DNA of 64,000 bases from a virus. Its lineage: Duplodnaviria; Caudoviricetes. Within the stretch, counting starts at the first letter, position 1; each line of letters starts with the position of its first letter. Below are positions 20,165 to 30,119 of this stretch, piece after piece. Below the pieces are notes generated by a model that saw only the letters and a list, made by a program, of their open reading frames with translations, ran no database searches and had not been told where the DNA came from. A program made the position numbers and the translations under genes. The stretch spans positions 64,001 to 128,000 of IMG/VR virus record IMGVR_UViG_3300032234_000392, one strand, 5' to 3'.

Positions 20165-21005
20165 GAACATAGGAATATACGGCAATAGTATTGCAGGATA
20201 CAATGGGCAACAGCCCGATCATTTTATTACTTTGTTAAAAGAATATTTTAATGCAAATATAGTTCATTCCGGTATAACTCAATGTAGTGAAGAACGTATT
20301 CTTTTTAATTTAAAAAAAACAAAAAAATTAGACTTAGCAGTTGTATTTCATTCTCCGCCATACAATATTTTTGTTCCTAGTTGGGACAGAGATATTACCA
20401 GTGTCGATCGAACAACATTAAACAAAAAAATTAGTACTAAACAATGGATGAAATCGTGTGTAGGAGTTGAACCTAACACCGTTGAAAAATTATTTGATTC
20501 GATTCCAAATGGGGCATGTTGGCAGGTTTTATCTCATTTTAACATTAGTTTTGAAAACTACTCTGAAGCCTTTGAAAAATGGGCGGAGGGAGATTCGACA
20601 GAAATAAAAGAATTAGTCACCATTTATGCTAGGTCTAAACATCAGGATGCCGAATACTACAAAGGTCTTTTTGATGCCTTAGAGTTATCTAAAACATATT
20701 TGAGTCATCCGGACTTACAAATGAATAGGTATTACGGAGCAATGATTCAAATAGATCAATATTTAAAACATAAAAATATACCTTGTGTACATTTTTTAGA
20801 TAAAGAAAAATGGTATCCAGTCTGGGCAAAAATTGAATCAGGCCCAGTTGATCATGATTTAACAATCATAAACAAGGAAAATAGTAAATATTTTGTAGGT
20901 TATAATAAATCTTCTAATGCATTATCATCGGACGGTAATAAATTAATATTTGATAGAATTTTAGAACTTTTAAAAATCTCAAATGAGGTTCTAATAAATG
21001 ATTAA
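20157..21005 (+). CDS. hypothetical protein, SGNH-like N-terminus
   Basis: IGIYGNSIA, CSEERI. Confidence 0.5.
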   Translation: MIKNIGIYGNSIAGYNGQQPDHFITLLKEYFNANIVHSGITQCSEERILFNLKKTKKLDLAVVFHSPPYNIFVPSWDRDITSVDRTTLNKKISTKQWMKSCVGVEPNTVEKLFDSIPNGACWQVLSHFNISFENYSEAFEKWAEGDSTEIKELVTIYARSKHQDAEYYKGLFDALELSKTYLSHPDLQMNRYYGAMIQIDQYLKHKNIPCVHFLDKEKWYPVWAKIESGPVDHDLTIINKENSKYFVGYNKSSNALSSDGNKLIFDRILELLKISNEVLIND

Positions 21006-21555
21006 CTTTTTAGGAAATACCAATCTAATTATAGACTGGGATAATGTTATAAAAGATTTAGAAAACTGCGACAACAGTAATAAAAAGCCAGGACACGGTC
21101 CTACACATAAAGCTGGAGATCCAATTCCTCTTTTGAATGAAGTCACTGATATATGGACCAAAGAAGGATATAAAACTATTGAACTAGGCGGAACAGTGCA
21201 TTGGGACATGTTTTTTCCAGGAGTACATTACGATCAAAGTGTTGAAGATAAATTTTGTGAATTTTTTAAAATTGTCCCTAATTCTCGTTCGTGGATCAGT
21301 AGGATCTGGCCTGGACATCAAGCGCCGATGCATTGGGATGTACACGATGACGAAGCAGAACTATTAACAAAACCTGATATGCCAAGATGGCATTGTCATA
21401 TTGGAAAGCCAACATTTGGTCACCTATTTGTCTGCGAAAATGAAGTGTTTTATAACAAACAGCAAGGTGACACATTCCAGTGGGCGTCTCGTAGATATTG
21501 GCATGCTGGGACTAACTGTGGCCTAACACCTAAATACCTTTTTAACTTATATTAA
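20998..21555 (+). CDS. Fe/2OG-type oxygenase (paralog of 19598-20164)
   Basis: PGHQAPMHWD...WHAGTNCG. Confidence 0.7.
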   Translation: MINFLGNTNLIIDWDNVIKDLENCDNSNKKPGHGPTHKAGDPIPLLNEVTDIWTKEGYKTIELGGTVHWDMFFPGVHYDQSVEDKFCEFFKIVPNSRSWISRIWPGHQAPMHWDVHDDEAELLTKPDMPRWHCHIGKPTFGHLFVCENEVFYNKQQGDTFQWASRRYWHAGTNCGLTPKYLFNLY

Positions 21556-21559
21556 TATT

Positions 21560-21742
21560 ATGACTGATAAACCTGTATTCACTGATCCTTTTTACATAGA
21601 TAAATTTATGGAAATACAACAACAGAATATTGTGCTGTATAAAATATTATTAAAAATTAAAGAAGATCCAGAATTATATAAAAACGTCACCGATAAGTTT
21701 GGTAATGATATTTTTAAAATTTTAGAACAATGTCCAGCCTAA
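21560..21742 (+). CDS. hypothetical protein
   Basis: Small ORF between coupled genes. Confidence 0.5.
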   Translation: MTDKPVFTDPFYIDKFMEIQQQNIVLYKILLKIKEDPELYKNVTDKFGNDIFKILEQCPA

Positions 21743-22185
21743 CCTATTGTAGAGTCAAACTATCAGATACTGATTATCAAAAAGCAGACAATGCTATTTT
21801 GTTTGTGTATCCGCCTGTTGACAAATTAAAAAAAATCTATTTTGAGTATTGTGAACACAAAAAATTTGTCAGTGTTATGCCGTTATTTGAATCATATTTT
21901 ACAGACACAAATATCGATATTTGGGGATATACTGATCGAGACGTATTAGTAGCATTTAGTATTGTTAAAAAACACGATCAGCAAAATGTAGAAAGTTTGC
22001 AATTTGCGTGGAACTATAAAAATTCTAAATTAGAATTAGGTCATTTAAGTTTAGAACACGAGTGTGCCACTTATAAATCTCTAGGTTATAAGTATCTATA
22101 TCTTGGAGAAGCCAACAAATACAAATCTAAATTAAAAGGTTATGAGCTTTTAGGAAGTCTCCAAGACACTACTGAATCAAAATAA
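21730..22185 (+). CDS. arginyl-tRNA-protein transferase C-terminal-like (GNAT) protein
   Basis: LVAFS, LELGHLSLEHE, GYKYLYLG...KYK. Confidence 0.55.
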   Translation: MSSLTYCRVKLSDTDYQKADNAILFVYPPVDKLKKIYFEYCEHKKFVSVMPLFESYFTDTNIDIWGYTDRDVLVAFSIVKKHDQQNVESLQFAWNYKNSKLELGHLSLEHECATYKSLGYKYLYLGEANKYKSKLKGYELLGSLQDTTESK

Positions 22186-22634
22186 TCTTTATCCCAATGT
22201 TTGTAGTAGCCTAGGGGTTTTAAATATTCACTAGCTGCATTAAGTTTTTCTAATGACTGACATAAAATTAAATTATATTTTCCGTTGTTGAAACTTATAT
22301 CACCTACAGTTTCAGCAACAGCCACATGATCCTCTAGACATCCGTATCCTATTGGTACATACTTTTCATTGATTTTAGATACATCTTCGCTGAATTGTAT
22401 TGGGTCAACATCGTCATCACAGACTAGTATAATAACGTCTATTTTATCATTCCAATTAGAAAATATTTGGTCTATATCGCTAATATAATCTTTAGATTTT
22501 TGAAATTTAATTTTATCATTTAGTAAAGCAGATTTTGCAAACGGGCAACGCGGTAAATTATTTAAAAGCAGTTCTGGTTTACTTAAATCGTTAACAATCC
22601 AATTGGTTAGATATTGTTCATAATCCGTAGTCAT
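22140..22634 (-). CDS. DUF1415-like protein
   Basis: CPFAK motif, DH, L.LCQ..L; start MTTDYEQ. Confidence 0.5.
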   Translation of the reverse strand: MTTDYEQYLTNWIVNDLSKPELLLNNLPRCPFAKSALLNDKIKFQKSKDYISDIDQIFSNWNDKIDVIILVCDDDVDPIQFSEDVSKINEKYVPIGYGCLEDHVAVAETVGDISFNNGKYNLILCQSLEKLNAASEYLKPLGYYKHWDKDYFDSVVSWRLPKSS

Positions 22635-23799
22635 TTTGTCCGCCTCTACGAGCAACATCTAAAGTTAAACAGTGCCAACCGCCATCCCAGAAGAATCTAT
22701 GACGCAACGGACATACAATAGGAGTAATACCTCGACTTTCTAATAAAGAAATCAGCCTAGGACTATTGCTGTTAATTACCACATGCTTGTCGTCAATTAC
22801 TAAACTGTTAATATCAAAAATTGTTTCTTCAACAAATCCAGTCCAGTTAGGTAAGAAGGATTCTACAAAATGTGTAAAGTCATCATTCCGCTCTTCACCA
22901 GGAACCCACCACTTGCCCTTGTTTTTACTGCGTAAGTCTAACCATTCTCTAACACCGTCCCATCTAGAATCATTAAAGAAAACAACTTCCCAATTCTTAA
23001 AGGCCCCTTCAGATCCTTTGAACCAAGGTCCCGAAACTACCAATCCAGGTTTAAGAACAGTAAAAATGCTATCATTGTGTCCGCCAAGGTTGAGCGACTC
23101 GTAATCAAATATAGGATACTTGTCTTGTAGAAACTCAAGCAGCGTGGGTGTTTGATTTAAATCCACCAAACATTTTTTACCTATCCTTGTTAAATTAGGA
23201 CTACAAAATCCCATTAACACATTTTCTTCAATTAGCTTGCGTTTTTGTTCTTCAGTAAAATCTGCCAGTGTTTCGCCTAGATTACGATCTTTGATGTATC
23301 GTTCTAGACATTCTTCAGTTTGATAAAATTTATAGTTTCCATTGTATATACTTAAATCTACCTGATCTGCTCCAAACCATTCGACAAACTTTTTTGTATA
23401 ACCGGCGACTTCAAATGTTCTATCAGTAATAAGAATTTTATTACCCATAACCACAGCATCATCTCTGACTTGTAATGGACTTGTAGGAATCAAACTGTCT
23501 TTAACAAAGTCTGGATTATCACTGCCGTAGCCCAACTTGCCGTTGACATCTACATAGTCTAGTATGCTAGATTTATATCCCAGCTCTGTTGGTGTAGCCT
23601 GGAACACATCTACATTGTGTGATCTAAGTTGTTGTTTGAAATACTCAATGTCTTCGTTGGTTTCGTCTACAATGCGTTTGAGAACATCGCCAATTTTCTT
23701 ATTCTTGACACCGTCAAAAAAACTGCTGTCGTATATGCTGCCTACAACAACTGCTTCTAAGGGTTGAAATTCGTCCCAACTGTTTACTTTATTGTGCAT
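22618..23799 (-). CDS. amidinotransferase (pentein fold)
   Basis: VNSWDEFQPLEAVVVG, VRDD, GHNDS, FDIN, GGWHCLTLDV. Confidence 0.85.
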   Translation of the reverse strand: MHNKVNSWDEFQPLEAVVVGSIYDSSFFDGVKNKKIGDVLKRIVDETNEDIEYFKQQLRSHNVDVFQATPTELGYKSSILDYVDVNGKLGYGSDNPDFVKDSLIPTSPLQVRDDAVVMGNKILITDRTFEVAGYTKKFVEWFGADQVDLSIYNGNYKFYQTEECLERYIKDRNLGETLADFTEEQKRKLIEENVLMGFCSPNLTRIGKKCLVDLNQTPTLLEFLQDKYPIFDYESLNLGGHNDSIFTVLKPGLVVSGPWFKGSEGAFKNWEVVFFNDSRWDGVREWLDLRSKNKGKWWVPGEERNDDFTHFVESFLPNWTGFVEETIFDINSLVIDDKHVVINSNSPRLISLLESRGITPIVCPLRHRFFWDGGWHCLTLDVARRGGQNDYGL

Positions 23800-24121
23800 C
23801 TGGCCAATCTCTAAAATAGGCATGCTGTATGTTGCCGCTTACAAACTGATTAAAACTTTTATGCTTGTCTTCTAACTCGCCTTCTAATGGTGCTACTCTT
23901 TGGAAAGCACTTTCTAATTGTGCCATTCCTGTAAACTCCATCATGATGTGCCATTCTGGTAAATTCTCAATGCTGCGAAATCCCATCTTGCATCTAGTGA
24001 TGCGAAAGCTGTGCATTTTGCCTTCATCGACAAGATGCTGAAGAAAACGTTTCATGTTGTTGACCCATTCAAGGTCGCTGATATTGCCCTCTTTGTCTGC
24101 CCAGATGTGATAAATGTCCAT
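23789..24121 (-). CDS. DUF6614-like protein
   Basis: MDIYHIWAD, RITRCKMGF, EWHIMMEF..MAQLE.AF, YFRDWPD. Confidence 0.6.
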   Translation of the reverse strand: MDIYHIWADKEGNISDLEWVNNMKRFLQHLVDEGKMHSFRITRCKMGFRSIENLPEWHIMMEFTGMAQLESAFQRVAPLEGELEDKHKSFNQFVSGNIQHAYFRDWPDAQ

Positions 24122-24128
24122 GCTATAT

Positions 24129-25025
24129 TTACGAGTTTTTTATTTTTGTTAGAGGAATATCGGCAGCACAAGTACACCAGTCTCGAGTACAGATAATTGG
24201 GTCTGTTGGTCGAACAAATGTGCCTTGATATATATTGCCTAAACTGCCACCAACACGACAAGTGGCACGATGTACATCGCCGTCCCAATTGATCATGAGG
24301 CTTTCTAGTCCAGCATTGCATTGCCAACCTTTGAATTGATTTTGATGAGTTTTAATTATGTCGTTGGCATGCATTATTATTGAATCATCTACACGACAAT
24401 TTGTTTTCACCGTGGCTTCTTTGGCAATTATCCATTCTAAGTCCTTGCCATCATAACGCATGTCGTCAAACACATTATGATCCCCCTCAGTCCAGCGTAT
24501 TCTACGCACAGCATATTTGATACCGATTTCTTGGAACTTCTTAACTACAGTTCTAACATGATCCATTTTGTCGTGATGTGCCATGACATTGACAAAAAAC
24601 TCTCGCTCTGTGCTATCGTAATATTTTAGTATTGTATCAACAATTCGTGTCCAATCATGTTCAAAATGCAGACTAAACACAAGATGATTGAAAAACATTT
24701 CGTTGTTAAGATACCATTGATAGCCTCTAGTTCCATTGGTGGTTATATTCACCCAGTATATGTTTTTGCGTTTGAAGTAGTCAAGTAGATCTTCTATGTC
24801 TGGATGCACACAAGGTTCTCCGCCGGTTAGACTGATTCGTAAAGGCTTGTCTAATTCACATAATCTATCAACAGCAGCTTCTAGAACATTGATGTCTGTA
24901 TGCGGACTATAATTATCGTGTATACTAGCTGGGCAATAACTGCAATCGTAGTTGCAACGCTTGCCAAGATTCCACTCAACTTTGATTTGATCCTGATGTG
25001 GCCACGAACTTGTTATCTTAAACAT
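24129..25025 (-). CDS. radical SAM protein (paralog of 13747-14733)
   Basis: CNYDCSYC, TGGEP, CNAG...C...CTRDWCTC. Confidence 0.9.
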   Translation of the reverse strand: MFKITSSWPHQDQIKVEWNLGKRCNYDCSYCPASIHDNYSPHTDINVLEAAVDRLCELDKPLRISLTGGEPCVHPDIEDLLDYFKRKNIYWVNITTNGTRGYQWYLNNEMFFNHLVFSLHFEHDWTRIVDTILKYYDSTEREFFVNVMAHHDKMDHVRTVVKKFQEIGIKYAVRRIRWTEGDHNVFDDMRYDGKDLEWIIAKEATVKTNCRVDDSIIMHANDIIKTHQNQFKGWQCNAGLESLMINWDGDVHRATCRVGGSLGNIYQGTFVRPTDPIICTRDWCTCAADIPLTKIKNS

Positions 25026-26280
25026 ATGGCTTAAACTCGGGAGTCACATCTGTAAAACTTTGATTTCTTGTTAGATCCAACCTGCGATTGAATTCAATAC
25101 AGTCTTGCCACAACTCGCTTTGATCTTTGGCACGTAGGAAGTTTTGCACTCCTTCGATCTGCCCTAGAGTGATACCCATGAGTATTGGTCGCTCTTCGAT
25201 CATTTTATAATTGTGTATTTTACTCTTTACAGCTTCTAATCTATCATAGGCAATGTCTTTTAGAGGTTGTGGCATTGTTTGAATACTCAACACATTAGGA
25301 TATTGTACCATGTTGGTATAGAATACAATGCCTAGATCATCTAAAAAGTATTTGATCATTTTGTCCAATACCATGACATTGCTGACTTGCACAGCCACAG
25401 CACCTACAATGCGGCTGATGTTGGGTATTGTTTGTATTTGTTTAATATTGTTAATTAGTTCCGCCCACGAAGCGTTGCCTCGAACATATTCATAACTTGT
25501 ACCAATACCATCTATACTTACGTTTACTGCCACTGATTTGAACTTAGGCCAGTACTGCCATATGGTTCTATTGTTTTTGCCCAATGTGGTTAAATTAGTA
25601 GCATACTTGATTTCGATTTGATTGCCATATGGTACCAACATGTCTAAGATCCTATAGTGCTGCGGATCCATCAATGGCTCTCCACCTGCAAATTCTACCC
25701 GGCGAAAGTGTGGCAGATTCTTTTCTAGACTAGCCCACCACTCTGCATTGTCTTCAAACTTGTCTAGCAGTGGTTTATTTTCTAGATTATGTTCTTCTAC
25801 CATTTGATAAATTACTTGTCCCTCATCTTTGTAGAAGTCTTTGATTTCTGCCCAATCATTCCAGCTGGTACTGTCACCAGGATGACACATACGACACTTT
25901 AAGTTGCACAAATTATTAAGTTTGATTTCCATAGTAGGAATCTCAAACGGCATGGTAAAGTCGTGTGACATTTTGCTCACAGCATCTGGGTATAAAGTAA
26001 TACGTGCCTCTGGAATAACTCCAGCAATATGTCGCTGACGTAGACTCTCTACTCCCTGATCTTCTAAATTAAAACAAGGAGCACATTCTGATGGGCGTTC
26101 TCCGCTTAATACTTGTTTGCGAATGCGTTGCATCGTTTCGCCGTTCCAATGATATTCTAAGGGAGCGTCCTGAATAAATCCAATAGGATGACTGCGGCAG
26201 CATACCTGTATAGCACCGTCCTCTCGAGTTGCCAATCCCGTAAAAGGATGCATACAAAATGTTTTACTTTGATTGTTCAA
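25018..26280 (-). CDS. radical SAM protein with N-terminal SPASM/Twitch-like Cys domain
   Basis: FCMHPF, VCC, CAPC, CNLKCRMC, FAGGEP; likely TTG start near 26280. Confidence 0.9.
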   Translation of the reverse strand: MNNQSKTFCMHPFTGLATREDGAIQVCCRSHPIGFIQDAPLEYHWNGETMQRIRKQVLSGERPSECAPCFNLEDQGVESLRQRHIAGVIPEARITLYPDAVSKMSHDFTMPFEIPTMEIKLNNLCNLKCRMCHPGDSTSWNDWAEIKDFYKDEGQVIYQMVEEHNLENKPLLDKFEDNAEWWASLEKNLPHFRRVEFAGGEPLMDPQHYRILDMLVPYGNQIEIKYATNLTTLGKNNRTIWQYWPKFKSVAVNVSIDGIGTSYEYVRGNASWAELINNIKQIQTIPNISRIVGAVAVQVSNVMVLDKMIKYFLDDLGIVFYTNMVQYPNVLSIQTMPQPLKDIAYDRLEAVKSKIHNYKMIEERPILMGITLGQIEGVQNFLRAKDQSELWQDCIEFNRRLDLTRNQSFTDVTPEFKPYV

Positions 26281-27001
26281 TGGCCCATGTCCTTTCTTTA
26301 CACCAAAAACACTTGCCGCATTGCGGAACAAATTGTTTTGGAATGTATGTTCTATAATCTAATCCTTCAAACTCGCCTTCGCAACTACGAGTTAAATCAA
26401 ATAATTCGTGAATACCTAACCGTCTATATTGTTTTAGCACCCACGATTTATCAACAAATCTAAAAGGATGACTTGCCACACGTCCCATATGAATCATAAA
26501 TTCTAAATGTTTATTATCTTCAGTTGGTACTAGATTTCGTTCGGTCATGCCACTGAACTCTGCAAGCGGTGGATTACAAGTGACAGCATTGTAATATGCA
26601 TCAACATTATGTTTGTTGCAAATGTATTCTGCATACGCTCTCTGTTGAATATTATCACCAGACACTTTCTTTCCATATTCATCAACAAGACTAGGACCTA
26701 TATTACCATATTCTAATTCAGGTGCAATAAAGTTAGTGTGCCTAATAAAGTTTGCATGATAGAATCGTTGAAATAACCAATGATAAACATTATCGGCATC
26801 AATTTGCTGCCAAGGTCGAGTCTTCCACATGCGAACATGATTAATAATGTGAATTTTTATAGCAGTGTCTTGTGCAAGATCGCAAATTAGATAGGCAAGT
26901 AATGCACTATCTGCACCTCCGCTTACACTAATAGCAACATCAGTCCAATTTTTATCAAATGGAATTTTTACTCCGTCAACATCATGAAAGGTATTATGCA
27001 T
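26264..27001 (-). CDS. PP-loop (QueC-like) adenine nucleotide alpha-hydrolase
   Basis: SVSGGADS, HPF...DK, TRSCE, CGKCFWCKER. Confidence 0.75.
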   Translation of the reverse strand: MHNTFHDVDGVKIPFDKNWTDVAISVSGGADSALLAYLICDLAQDTAIKIHIINHVRMWKTRPWQQIDADNVYHWLFQRFYHANFIRHTNFIAPELEYGNIGPSLVDEYGKKVSGDNIQQRAYAEYICNKHNVDAYYNAVTCNPPLAEFSGMTERNLVPTEDNKHLEFMIHMGRVASHPFRFVDKSWVLKQYRRLGIHELFDLTRSCEGEFEGLDYRTYIPKQFVPQCGKCFWCKERTWAIEQSK

Positions 27002-27845
27002 TTTCCAAATACCTTATTAACGGGCTTACACCCACAGGCTGACCATTACGCATGGCAAGGTATATACTATGTGTAGGAAGTAAATTAAAATCTCTACAGA
27101 CTTTATAATAACGATCGCTGTGAGTTAACCACAGATAGTCTGGAGGAAGATTTCGAATAAAATGTAGACCAATCTTAACTAATGCTCGATTATTCATATG
27201 AAAATCATTCATAATAGTAATTGCATCGGCGTTGGTATTTTTAGTCCAACGTAGGCCTATCCTATTCCACCCAAGCCCAAGACCTTTGCTAAGACTGATG
27301 CCAACGGATCTAATAACATCATTACTAAAGTCAAAAGTAATATCACGGCAGCAACTGATCCAAGCACCGTCAATGTGTACTTCAATATTTTTAATTTTAC
27401 ATTCATGTAAAATCTCCTCCATATCTCGATGTGGGGCACCAATACTAGGAAACGGCATTGCTATGATTAAAGGAATATCTGGAATCAGCGAGCCCACATC
27501 TTTAACATACGCTAACCCTAATCTTTCGTGATATCTGTAATCGCCACGTAATATCTGCACCGGACCTTGCATATACAAGGTATCAATAAATTGAGTACAT
27601 CCGATAATAATATCTTTTCTGCTAAATGTGTCTAATCCAGTCAGTGTATTAAAAGGAGAAGCCACAATCCACTGTTCCATCTCTTGCTTAAAGTTTTCAT
27701 AAACTGTATCGCTGATATCTCGATCTAGTTTACCTGACAACACATCTGTTATAATGGATTCAATTTTATTGTCAGCAAGGGGACTGGGCCGCTCAACCTG
27801 CAACCACTTTTCTTCATAACTTGAAGCTATCCTTGCTCTTTCCAT
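26994..27845 (-). CDS. PLP-dependent enzyme (fold type I, truncated)
   Basis: VHIDGAW, ISLSKGLG..NRIG; start MERARIAS. Confidence 0.65.
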   Translation of the reverse strand: MERARIASSYEEKWLQVERPSPLADNKIESIITDVLSGKLDRDISDTVYENFKQEMEQWIVASPFNTLTGLDTFSRKDIIIGCTQFIDTLYMQGPVQILRGDYRYHERLGLAYVKDVGSLIPDIPLIIAMPFPSIGAPHRDMEEILHECKIKNIEVHIDGAWISCCRDITFDFSNDVIRSVGISLSKGLGLGWNRIGLRWTKNTNADAITIMNDFHMNNRALVKIGLHFIRNLPPDYLWLTHSDRYYKVCRDFNLLPTHSIYLAMRNGQPVGVSPLIRYLENA

Positions 27846-27857
27846 ATAAGTATTTAG

Positions 27858-28544
27858 ATGCTTGAACGACTCGATATAAAATTTCCTATTGACCCAATCA
27901 TTGAACAAGTACAATCATTGAGTTTTGATAAACGCCTACACCTAAATGAAACTACTGGACCACTGTTTTCTGGACCTTATCATGTCAAAGCAGAATTCCA
28001 AAACACTCCTTTGGGCAATGTGTTAGAATCATTAGGCACAATTGGTGAAGCTAGACTGTTAAAATTGGGCAGTGCTGAAAGTTATACAGCACATTCCGAT
28101 CCTGATGACAGGCTCCACCTAGCTATTATAACAAATCCCTATTGCTATTTGCAAGACCTTACTAGCCAAACAATGTATCATGTGCCTGTGGATGGACACA
28201 TATGGCGAATGGATACTGGTCAAATTCATGTGGCCACTAACTTTGGTGGGCGCGATCGCGTACATCTAAATATTCGTGTACCACTGCCTGCGTTTCAATA
28301 TCCAGGTGTGTTGATAGCAATGGAAGGTGGCTCCTACGATTGGAAACAAGAACTGCACATTAGTTTTATGAGTTATCTAAATCGTGCTATAAAGACCGGA
28401 CTTGTCACAGGTATTGAAAAAGTAAGTGAGCGTGAGCTGCTGTTAAATGCATCTCAAGAAGTCATAGACACAATTACGGCTGCGGTAATTGCCAAAGGTT
28501 TTAGCATCACTGTACGACCAGTATCAGAAGTGATCACGCTCTAA
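27858..28544 (+). CDS. AspH-like Fe/2OG oxygenase
   Basis: YTAHSDPDDRLHLAI, DTGQIHVATN, RVHL. Confidence 0.7.
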   Translation: MLERLDIKFPIDPIIEQVQSLSFDKRLHLNETTGPLFSGPYHVKAEFQNTPLGNVLESLGTIGEARLLKLGSAESYTAHSDPDDRLHLAIITNPYCYLQDLTSQTMYHVPVDGHIWRMDTGQIHVATNFGGRDRVHLNIRVPLPAFQYPGVLIAMEGGSYDWKQELHISFMSYLNRAIKTGLVTGIEKVSERELLLNASQEVIDTITAAVIAKGFSITVRPVSEVITL

Positions 28545-29603
28545 AAACTGATCGCCGGGTTTTGAAATAGTTTTACTTTCGCCACAGATCCTTGCACACA
28601 TAATCATCTTCTTTTGAGTCCAGTGCGTGTACCACACAGTCTGCCACTCTGTGCTGTCTAACACAGCCTTGACTCCAACATTAACTGCGTGTAGTTTTTC
28701 AATACCGCCAAGGTCCGCAACCACATCTTCATATTGACGCTTGATCTCTTGGCGTAGTCCTAGACTAATATTTTCGTCATCGTATTGTGTATAAGGAATA
28801 CTAGATACCCAGCAGCAGGGCATGATATTTTTTTGTGCATCGATGTATATTTCTTTGGATTCTAAAACTTTACATTTTATTTCCAACGGCATGATTGTTT
28901 CTTTGTAGGATGCAATCATTTCTTTGCTGATAAAATGCATTTTGTTATCACTCGGCGGTTCAATATAATGAGTTGTTTCGCCTTGCTTGTTTAGAACTTT
29001 GTATTTGGGTTCACCTAAAAATCTACTGGAGTTTTTCAAAGTAAAATGTTTGAACCCTAGTTCGACCGCACGAGCACGAGCTTCCTCACCTTGGTGTTCA
29101 TTGTGCTTGAACTTGATAAAACACCATTCAGCAACACCGCCTGCGGCAATGAACGCTTTGGCATTTCGAATAACCTGTTCGTAAGTAGTGCCAATTCGAT
29201 ACAGGTGATGGGTGTCCTCTAGGCCATCTAGTGCAAACACCACAATGTGTTGATCGGGCAATGCCGCAGCTAAATCTTGCCACCATTTGATGTTTCTTGC
29301 ACCGCCGTTGGTATGTATGTGTACTCGCAGATTTGGTTTGTGATCACGCAAATATTGGCACATGCCTACTAAATCTGAGTTAAGTATTGGGTCTCCAAAA
29401 TTACCACAAAAATAAACTCCTTCTATAACCCTAAGAACATCTTGGGTAAAAATACTTTTGAACTCATCAAGAGTCCAATTGGTGTTAACCACCAAAGGAT
29501 TGTCTAGGCCGCCGTGATAGTTTCTAGCACACATTGGACAACTGGCCTGACACATGTTGGTAATTTCTAAGTGGATGGTTTTTAGTTCTTCAAAAGCAAA
29601 CAT
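28524..29603 (-). CDS. radical SAM protein with C-terminal SPASM-like domain
   Basis: CQASCPMC, CGNFGDP, PCC, CARIC. Confidence 0.9.
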   Translation of the reverse strand: MFAFEELKTIHLEITNMCQASCPMCARNYHGGLDNPLVVNTNWTLDEFKSIFTQDVLRVIEGVYFCGNFGDPILNSDLVGMCQYLRDHKPNLRVHIHTNGGARNIKWWQDLAAALPDQHIVVFALDGLEDTHHLYRIGTTYEQVIRNAKAFIAAGGVAEWCFIKFKHNEHQGEEARARAVELGFKHFTLKNSSRFLGEPKYKVLNKQGETTHYIEPPSDNKMHFISKEMIASYKETIMPLEIKCKVLESKEIYIDAQKNIMPCCWVSSIPYTQYDDENISLGLRQEIKRQYEDVVADLGGIEKLHAVNVGVKAVLDSTEWQTVWYTHWTQKKMIMCARICGESKTISKPGDQFLERDHF

Positions 29604-29651
29604 TGATTAAAATGGATCCAATAAATATGCTACTATTTACAGGAACTAACG

Positions 29652-30119
29652 ATGAAGTGTTGTATTACTGGTTATACTCGAGGACTAGGCAAAGCTATCA
29701 ATGATTACTTAGTGGCTCAAGGATGGACAGTTATTGGCTTCAATTCTTCAACTAGTCTAGATAGAATTGTTGAGCTGTCAACGAACTGTGACCTATTCGT
29801 TAATAATGCCTACGGAGATGGAATTCAAATAGAATTGTTAAATCAATTATACAACTCTGTAGCTAAAATGATTGTGTGTGGATCAGTGGTCACTGACTCT
29901 CCAGACCCACAATTACCCGTTTATACGCACCACAAGAAAGAATTAGAACAGAGATTTTTACAAGTTGCTGATACGGCCGATTCGCAAATGCTCTTGCTAA
30001 AACTGTCCAGCGATGCCTACAACGATCCACAGTTGGTTTTACGATCTATTAAGTTTTGGTTGGAAAATCCACAAATTAAAGTAATAACATATGTTGCCAA
30101 AGAGGAACCAAACAGATGA
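29652..30119 (+). CDS. short-chain dehydrogenase/reductase (short)
   Basis: ITGYTRGLG, FVNNA, YxxxK (YTHHK). Confidence 0.75.
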   Translation: MKCCITGYTRGLGKAINDYLVAQGWTVIGFNSSTSLDRIVELSTNCDLFVNNAYGDGIQIELLNQLYNSVAKMIVCGSVVTDSPDPQLPVYTHHKKELEQRFLQVADTADSQMLLLKLSSDAYNDPQLVLRSIKFWLENPQIKVITYVAKEEPNR

